Shown here piece after piece: positions 54,100-64,000 of a DNA stretch of 64,000 nucleotides. Below the pieces are notes generated by a model that was not told the DNA's origin, ran no database searches, and saw nothing but the letters and a program-made list of their open reading frames with translations. A program made the position numbers and the translations under genes. The DNA is from Eledone cirrhosa. Its lineage: Eukaryota. The stretch's first letter is position 1, and every line of letters starts with the position of its first letter. The stretch covers positions 29,078,001-29,142,000 of the forward strand of contig OZ024741.1 of assembly GCA_964016885.1 (NCBI GenBank), written 5' to 3'.

Positions 54100-54171
54100 C
54101 GCCCCACGGGGGCACGAATCTATGACCCCGAGATTAAGAGTCTCGTGCTCTACCGACTGAGCTAGATGGGC
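54100..54171 (-). tRNA. tRNA-Lys(CTT), probable pseudogene
   Basis: GCCCATCTAGCTCAGTCGGTAGAGCACGAGACTCTTAATCTCGGGGTCATAGATTCGTGCCCCCGTGGGGCG. D and anticodon arms intact; T stem and B box disrupted; T-runs downstream. Confidence 0.85.
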
Positions 54172-54379
54172 TGAAACATCTTTTACTTTCTATCGTATTT
54201 TGTAAAGGTATCGTCAGTGTTTTATTAAATATTTTCATTCCTCAATAAGAAAATTGATCACATTTTTCCTTATTAACTCTCTCCATATTTTTTTAAATGA
54301 CTTAATCAACAGTTTGTTTTTTCGGTTTTTGCGCGTTTCTGTATTTTAGTGGTTTGTATATATATATATATATATATAA

Positions 54380-54448
<69 letters not shown>

Positions 54449-54451
54449 GAA

Positions 54452-54483
<32 letters not shown>

Positions 54484-54486
54484 TTG

Positions 54487-54533
<47 letters not shown>

Positions 54534-54547
54534 ATTTATATGATATT

Positions 54548-54659
<112 letters not shown>

Positions 54660-55079
54660 TTTTAATTTTGCCCAATAATATCTTTTATCAATTCCTTTCC
54701 GTTTATTAATATTTTCGCCATCGATACATATAAACACACGCACACACACACACACAACCCCCCCCCACACACATTCAGACACACGACTGCACACACGGAC
54801 AGACACACACATACACACACATTCGCACGCACACCCACCCAAACGCATTCATATACTGATAAACAAAATGTATGAGTAAGTATATATATATATTTATAAG
54901 TATACATGCGTGTATGCGAGTATGTGCGTAAATATACACGTATGTATGTACACATATATTTATACATATATAAGTATATGTGTGTGTACAAATATATATA
55001 TATATACACACATATATATGTACATATACATATATATATGTACACATATATAAGTTAAATATATCTGCATATATACATG

Positions 55080-55152
<73 letters not shown>

Positions 55153-55174
55153 GCAATGATAAATGTGAAGACTA

Positions 55175-55232
<58 letters not shown>

Positions 55233-55816
55233 TATATATATATTAATATATATACACACATATATGTTATCTTCAACGTCGTTTGTTGCTCTATCATTGT
55301 TGCTGTTGTTGTAGTAGCCGTTGTTAGTGTATTTGTTATTGTTGTTGTCACTATCTTTCTGCCGTTTTCCCTGCTATCTATTGATTACCATACAATTAAT
55401 TTAGGTTTTCCGTTTCAAAGATATTTTTTTCCGTTATTCCAGGGATATGTTATCGAAATTTCTAGAACATTGACTACCTATTACTTCCCCACTCGTATTT
55501 TATGTATGAAGTACATATATGTACATAAATGTAGTATACTAATGCATACTTATGTATATATATATATATAATATACATATACTGAGTTCAAATCCCGCCG
55601 AGGTCAACTTTGCCTTTCATCCTTACGGGGTCGATAAAATAAAGTACCAGTCATGTACTGGTGAATTGCTGGCCTTGTGCCAAAAGTAGAAACAATTATA
55701 TATATATATACATATAGGAAAAAGTATGACCCCGACGGCAGAGCTGAAGCCGTTTCGACGGCTATTTCTGGACTGATATATATATATGTATATATATATG
55801 TATATATATATATATG

Positions 55817-55893
<77 letters not shown>

Positions 55894-55899
55894 TACATA

Positions 55900-55941
<42 letters not shown>

Positions 55942-55964
55942 TATATCATATATATATATATATA

Positions 55965-56018
<54 letters not shown>

Positions 56019-56095
56019 ATGATGTATGTACACACACACATATATATATATATTATATATACATATATATATACATATATACATATATATATTTT

Positions 56096-56172
<77 letters not shown>

Positions 56173-56249
56173 ATGATGTATGTACACACACACATATATA
56201 TATATATTATATATACATATATATATACATATATACATATATATATTTT

Positions 56250-56937
<688 letters not shown>

Positions 56938-57036
56938 CTACACTCTACTCTGCTGAATATCGAGTGCTAATTTTGGCATACCGCCTATGGAAGCACCATA
57001 GCTACCATTATACACAAATATATATATACATATAAA

Positions 57037-57215
57037 AGGTTAACAGAAATAACAACACAATCGGTACAGTATATGGAAGGTATATATTAGGTTAACGCTT
57101 GATATAGAAGGAAGAGGGTCTTAACGTTTCGGACGCTAGTCCTTCATCAGAAGAAAGAATGAGAAATAAAATAGATTAAGGGGACGGGCGGGATGGAATT
57201 GGGAAAAAAAAATAT
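57037..57215 (-). mobile_element. PLE-type terminal repeat with minimal hammerhead (57119-57154)
   Basis: UCUU-CUGAUGA-A-GGAC(UAGC)GUCC-GAAA-CG-UU-AAGA. Confidence 0.75.
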
Positions 57216-57290
57216 ATATGTAAAAGTAATAACAAATATGACAAAACAAACGGCACATTACATGGAAGAAATATATTAGTTGAACGCTTG

Positions 57291-57401
<111 letters not shown>

Positions 57402-58129
57402 GAGAGAGTGAGAGAGAGAGAAAGGGAGAGAAAGAGAATGTAAGAGAGGGGAGAGAAGATGTAAAATCCCGACCCCGTCGCCAAGCGGTTTCGGTTTATG
57501 TGTTCACATATACATATATTGTAAAATGTTTGGACCCAACGGCTGAACTCTTGCCCTTTCAACAGCCAGTTCCGATACTTTGTAATATAACCATACTCTA
57601 CTACCCATAGTATCTATTAGTTTGTTGAGCAATAGTCTAACTAGTTTTAACTGGTTCTATCTTGATACACATACACACACACACACACACACAGACACAC
57701 AGACACAGACACACACACAGGTACATACACACACACGCACACACACACGCACAGACACAAACACACACACACATATAAGTTTATCCCGGGTTCAATCGGG
57801 GGTAACCACAGTAAGTAAGGTACTCAATACATAGCAGAGTATAAATATTTAATATAGAAATGGCTTCTACAGGACTAGAACTGTTTCATTCGGGAGAAAT
57901 TATATATATATGTTCAAAGGAACTCTCTTGTTCATACACTATATATGTATGCGTTTTTGTCATTTGTGCCTCTATACGAACATGTGTGAAAAACACAGCA
58001 TTAAGATCAGATGTAAACCCTACTATTATAACTCAGATTCATAAAAGAAATAGAACACTAACATATATATAAATACATATATTTATAGACTCCTTCACAA
58101 TATATATAGAGAAAGAAAGCCTTCTTTAA

Positions 58130-59985
58130 ATTGACAAAAGCGACTGCTTCGGTACACTGCAAGATTGGGCCACTTTTCCATAGAGACTGTTCATTAACCG
58201 AGAACCCCCAAGAGATAAGTGAAATACTGAACGAACAGTACAAAAGTGTGTTCACATGTCCACTGATGCACATGCAAATAACAAAGCCAGAGGATTTCTT
58301 TTATGCCACAACACTCCATGAAGAAATGGCGACCATCAACCACATAGACATAACGGAGGAGGATGTGGTATACGTCATAGATGAAATTAGAATAGACTCA
58401 GCTACCGGACCTCATGGATTCCCAGCAGTTTTCTTAAAAACATGTAAGCGGGCCTTAGCAACTCCACTGAAGACGCTCTTCAGACGCTCCTTGGCTAGCG
58501 GTAGACTACCCAGGGACCTGAAAGAAGGCAGAATATGCCCTATCCATAAAGGAGATAGCAGAGCGGAGGCCAAATCTATAGGCCAGTCTCCCCGACGTCA
58601 CATTTCAGTAAGGTCATGGAGCGAATCATCAGAAAGAGACTGATCACTTTCCTCGAGGAAAATGACTGCCTGACTAGCACGCAGCATGGCTTCCGCTCAG
58701 GAAGAAGCTGCCTTACACAGCTGCTACATCACTACGACTGGGTACTGAAACAACTACTAGACAGCGCACATGTGGACGTGATATATCTTGACTTTGCGAA
58801 GGCCATTGACAAGGTCGACCACGGAATTATATGTCACAAACTACACAGACTCAGCATAACTGGAAAAGTAGATGAGTGGCTGCATGACTTCTTAAAGGAC
58901 AGAAGCCAGACAGTCGCAACAAACGGGGTCCTCTGAAAAGAAACATCAATAACAAGTGGAGTGCCCCAAGGCATAGTCCTGGATCCACTACTGTTTTTGG
59001 TGGCTCTCTCAGACATGCCCTCTGTAGTACATACAACATTCCTCACTAGCTATGCTGATGACACTAAGGTAGCACAGGAAATCAAAAACCCGGCTGACGC
59101 TGCCCGTTTACAAGATCTGGATGCCATATACAAATGGGCGGAAGACAACAACATGCAGTTTAATGCTGGAAAATTTCAAGCCCTACAATACAAACCTGCA
59201 ATCACAAATACAGTACAATACAGTTACACTGGACCAGGAGGGACCGAAATTCCCGTGTCGAAATCGATACGAGACCTGGGTATAGACATGAGCGAGGATG
59301 CATCTTTTTCCTCACACATTATGAAAGTGGTGATAATGTGCAAACGACTCACTGGCTGGATCTTGATGACTTTCGGGACAAGAGACCGAGATACCTTGTT
59401 GACACTATGGAGGACATTTATCCTAAGCCGACTGGATTATTGCTCCCAGCTGTGGTCACCCCATAGTATCAAACTAACCACGGAGCTTGAGGCAATCCAG
59501 TGAAGCTACACGATTGCGACGATGAAGGAGATAAGCTACTTCGAACGAAGACAAGAGAGATACGCAGTGATATACATGTGGAAAATCCTGGAGGGACTAG
59601 CACCACACTTTGACATTGGGAGCTGGACCAACCCCTGAACAGGACATCACTGTGTGGTGCCAAAGGTCCCGTCTTCCACATCTAGAATAAGGAGCAGATA
59701 TTGCAATAGCCTGGGGTTCAACAGCCCTCAACTCTTCAACAAGCTGCCGAGGGATCTGAGAGATCTGCATGGTGTGGAGGTGGATGTTTTCAAGAAAGAT
59801 CTCGACACCTTGCTATCCAGGATCTCGGATGAGCCCACAGCAAGGCACGAGGGAAACCCAAGGGCAGAAACAACGAACTCCCTCTTGCACCAATGGCCAA
59901 CCCATACAGGCTGTATAGCAACAAGGGCGGTGTCCTAGCATGGCCTCAGCCGGATGGCTGGAACAGGTAAAGGAGTAAATGAGTA
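58130..59985 (+). mobile_element. 5'-truncated, frameshifted CR1-type LINE
   Basis: SATGPHG, PIHKGD, QHGFRSGRSCLTQL, YLDFAKAIDKVDH, VPQG, YADDTK, RLDYCSQLWSP; GAGTAAA tail. Confidence 0.92.
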
Positions 59986-60761
59986 TATATATATATATAT
60001 ATATGTGTGTATGTGTGTGTGCATACGTATGTATATATATATATATTTGTATATATATATATATATATATATTTATTAAAATAACAGATTAAAGTTTAAG
60101 CAAAGAATCGCTGCTTTCACATACATATATACATACACACATATATATATACATACACACACATACACACATATATATAAGATGAATACATGAAAAGCTA
60201 TCTTTTCTATTTAAACTTCAGAGATAAGACTAGACTATGTGCACCAACGTACACCACATATACTCTGATATCACATCTAAGTACTGACAAGCTATATATA
60301 TACAGCCATATTGAAATACACGATGCTCACAATCATATAGGAACTTACAGCAATACAAATCAACCGCTTGTTGTTGAGGAAGTATAGCAGAAACTATATA
60401 ATAAAAAATACTTACTAGAATATAATATCTGAAACCACATCATCTTATTTAATACAGTAGTGCAAAATACATTAAATAAAAATGGCGGTGTGATTTCCGT
60501 TAGGAACTAAGATAACGAGAGTTTATTAACTTCAACATAATTGGTATATCATCTAATTTTCGTTACGGAGTCCAGATTTGGTTTGAAATTTTCATTAACT
60601 GACAACAATACTAAAAAACATAGACTTGATAAACAACTTTCATTTGCTGGTATGGCATGTGACATAGGCACATGTGACATGATGAAGATGAATAGTAGCA
60701 TTCCACCAATGATACTTTCTATTGCCGACCGTTATATCTATTTATCTATCTATCTATTTAA

Positions 60762-60883
<122 letters not shown>

Positions 60884-60896
60884 TTATATATATATA

Positions 60897-61521
60897 CTAG
60901 CCGAATCACCCGCGCCTTGCTGCGTTTCACACATTTTTTTTGTAAGAAAACGATGATTGATTTTAAATCAGTGATATAATTTATGGAGAAAAAATAAAGG
61001 GAAAATGTTAAAAAAAGTAGAGGCATTAAGTAATCATTTTTGTTGTCATAATTCTAGTGATGTTTTGCCATAGATAAAATGTCTAAATTAGCCAAATTTT
61101 CTATAAAAGAGAGGTGCTTTTTTTGTTGATTTACGTTTAAATAATAGAAAACCCCCGTCATAATAGAGGTTCCAATACTCAAGTTATGGGCTTCTAAAAT
61201 TTTCACTATAGAGGGTTTAACCCCCATTAGGGTGTCTAAATATTATTGAAATTTGCTGAAATTTTGTGAATAGGCATCATATCTTGTAATTTACCCATGG
61301 TATATAAATCGGAGCGAAAAACCTTTCAGCGGGGAAAAGCGGCGTTTTGTGCCCCCGAGGAACCCTTTCATTAAAATGAAATATACTTATCCAAGTACCC
61401 TGGGCAATGTAGTTTCAGAATATATATGATTAGGGGGGGGGGGGGTCTATCCCCCAAACCATAGGAGGAGTTCGTGAACAAACGAACAAACAGACAGGAA
61501 CTACAACTTTATTATATGAGA
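60897..61521 (-). mobile_element. Non-autonomous Helitron
   Basis: Minus strand: A|TC start, TGTCTGTTTGTT repeat near the 5' end, GC-rich subterminal hairpin (CGCAGCAAGGCGCGGG), CTAG|T end; no target-site duplication. Confidence 0.7.
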
Positions 61522-61571
61522 TATAATATTCAATATACAAATAGATTCTACAAGACTAGATTGAGCCCAGG

Positions 61572-61612
<41 letters not shown>

Positions 61613-62239
61613 AAGAGTGAGGGAGAATACAGTGTTAGAAGGCTATAGCAATGCAAATGGTACATTAAATGTTAAAAACAATGATAACAAATTTGGAATA
61701 TTGCCTTGTAGTTATTTAATAGTCCTTAATATTTAAGGCTAAAATCCCTTCGTTGAAAGAAGGGTTTGAAAAAAACATTCCCAGAACAGGATATCTTATA
61801 ATCTTTATGATGGCATATTTTAATCTGAAAGTGATAGTTTTTACAACACTGGAAGTTGTGAATAGATCGCATGGTATATGTTTTAAGCTACCTTCTGATT
61901 TAAGCTATGGTTGTATCTATTGTTGAAGTGGAACGAAGTGTTGTAGTATGTCTGTTTAAGTTAGTCACTGACAGTTGAATTTTGTTGTTGATTTGGGAGT
62001 TCTGTTTGGCAATTAGAATACATTATCTAATCCAGAATTTACCAGTATTCCTATCCTTGACTGTGATTGTGACTGGGATATCCTTTTTGCATTTTCTATG
62101 TATTTCTTAAAGAAGGTGGCGCCTGTGGTGACGTGTAATTTGACACATGTGTAATGACTAGATCGTGTTACTGCATTCTCTCTTGTTAATATAATGCAAA
62201 GTTTACAAATCCATTCCACACCACACGTTTCAAAATGGA

Positions 62240-63420
62240 CAGATACACCTAGCTTTTCATCAAGCGAGGCTCCGAGATAATGCGGTATTATGCGGCATTT
62301 CACACAGATAGTTGATTTATTGAGGAATGTTATAAGCTTGCACAGCAGAAATATGAAACATCTTAAACACGTTTAAGGCTTCAAATAACTGCCTGGAAGC
62401 TGGAGAGAACATTTTAATATGTGACCTCTTACAGGAAATTTCCTTCAAGAACAAGGTTACAGTCCTATACATAAAGAAGGTCAAGTAGCAGTGCAATATA
62501 TGTTTTCTTTTTGATGCAGCAGAGATTTGTGAGATTGTTAAAGGGCCTCCCTGTTGTTCGATAACGTAGATGCCAACGCCAGTGTTGGTGAATACTTTCA
62601 ACAAAACACCTGTACAGAAGATGGTTGACAAAGTGAGAGCGAACAGATCACAGGGATTCTGGCTGTTCCCAACCAAGAAAGGTTCTAGGAACTCACCATT
62701 GACGCAAACCCATGCCGTCATGTCGGTATGCAACCAGCATATAAGCCATGTAAAATTTATCAGGGCATCCCAACTTCAAGAGAGTTTGACTGTTGACTGT
62801 GTGAAAGGCCTTCGTGAGATCTATGTGAAAGGGTTTTCGAAGCTGTTGCTCAGTACACTTTTATTGTATCTGCCACGCAGTGAAGATCATATCTGCAGTT
62901 CCCAGATATGGACGGAAACCACACTGAGATTCCAACAGAATGTTAGGTGCAACGTGCATAAGCAGACGATTAAGAAGACTCCTGGCAAAGATTTTACCAT
63001 CAACTTGTAAATAAATTCCATAAAGTCATTGTCCCAAACATCTTTGGGTCCCTTCTTGAAAAGTGAGACATAAATAGCATCCGTCCAGTTCCGTGTGACT
63101 GCATCTTTCAACCACATCTGGTGGTATATGTCATACAAGAGATCACATACTTTAGGACCACCTTATTGCTCTATTTTAGTCACTATACTAACTTTCCCAG
63201 CTGCTTTACCAGTGTTCATTTATCTCATTACAATCTTAAATTCGTCCAATGTGGGAAGATCAACAAACTTGTTAACAACGGAGGCCTGCTCTTTGGCTTC
63301 AGTCATGTCGGGATTAACGAGGGTTGTGTGGCTTATGGTGTCGTTAAAATGTTCGCGCCATCCTAACCCGATTTCACCATGCTTACGCAACACTTCCTTT
63401 CTATTCTTTGACCACAGTAG
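62240..63420 (-). mobile_element. Decayed RTE (BovB-like) RT region
   Basis: WREHF, GKAAG, W.DAIYVSLFKKG, ESQCGFRP, IDLTKAF, YLG. Confidence 0.85.
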
Positions 63421-63699
63421 GGCATATACTGTACGTAGTTCGTGACTTAGTATATCGTCTTTCTGCTGAGGCTTCGATGTAATGTGCTTTATCGCGCCAC
63501 TATGAGTCGTTTACTGTTAGAAATTGGTGTTACAGCCGCACTTAAATTATTTAAAAACCTTCCCCAGCTGATATATCTTTGCACTTTATTTCGAACATGA
63601 CAGTGAAGTCACATTCAACGCGAGTATTTAAATCACTCAACACTACAAGTTTGTCGTCCGTATTTACATTTTTCAAGATTATTCGCAAATCCGCGTGAA

Positions 63700-64000
63700 G
63701 TGGATCTGCGAATAATTGAAATAAAGTGAAGCAGCATCCTGTCAGAAGCCGATTGGAGATAGAATGGATGCTGCACCACGGAGGTTCTTAGAGCAGAGTC
63801 GGCCGACTTCAGCTTCACGACACTTTAAAGCTTCCGATGCTTTTGGTAAGCTGGAGAAGCGCCTGTGATTAGAGTCAGATATGATTGTGCACACTAAAGT
63901 TATGTGTATCAAGCATGTATGCTTACAGCGTTACTGTGTGGATGTGAGCCGTGGACACCATACTGTAGGCATATTCAGCGTCTCCAACGTTTCCTCCAAC
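63700..64000 (+). mobile_element. RTE RT-thumb region in opposite orientation (runs off the window)
   Basis: KASDAFGKLEKRL...LLCGCEPWTPYCRHIQRLQRFLQ. Confidence 0.8.

Noticed and set aside
54100-54171. Functional tRNA-Lys
   Set aside because: T stem cannot pair, B box is mutated, and the acceptor stem has mismatches.

Overview
This is eukaryotic, AT- and microsatellite-rich animal DNA. The SINE families and repeat landscape suggest an octopus or other coleoid cephalopod (inference, no database search run). It reads as intronic or intergenic sequence. It contains an 8.6-kb C-rich 36-bp minisatellite, decayed non-LTR retrotransposons of several clades (R4/Dong, Tx1/L1, RTE, CR1, CRE), Penelope-like element (PLE) fragments, a deleted mariner, piggyBac- and hAT-type MITEs, a non-autonomous Helitron, tRNA-derived SINEs and a tRNA-Lys(CTT) pseudogene. 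Four small candidate host exons were found, three on the minus strand. No intact protein-coding gene is demonstrable, and most ORFs in the track are translated simple repeats. The most notable signal is about a dozen type-I hammerhead-ribozyme or hammerhead-like motifs from several PLE terminal-repeat families, including non-canonical cores shared between copies. Many sit inside fold-back (palindromic or inverted) insertions. There are also head-to-head fusions of retroelement 3' ends. All RNA folds were worked out by eye.
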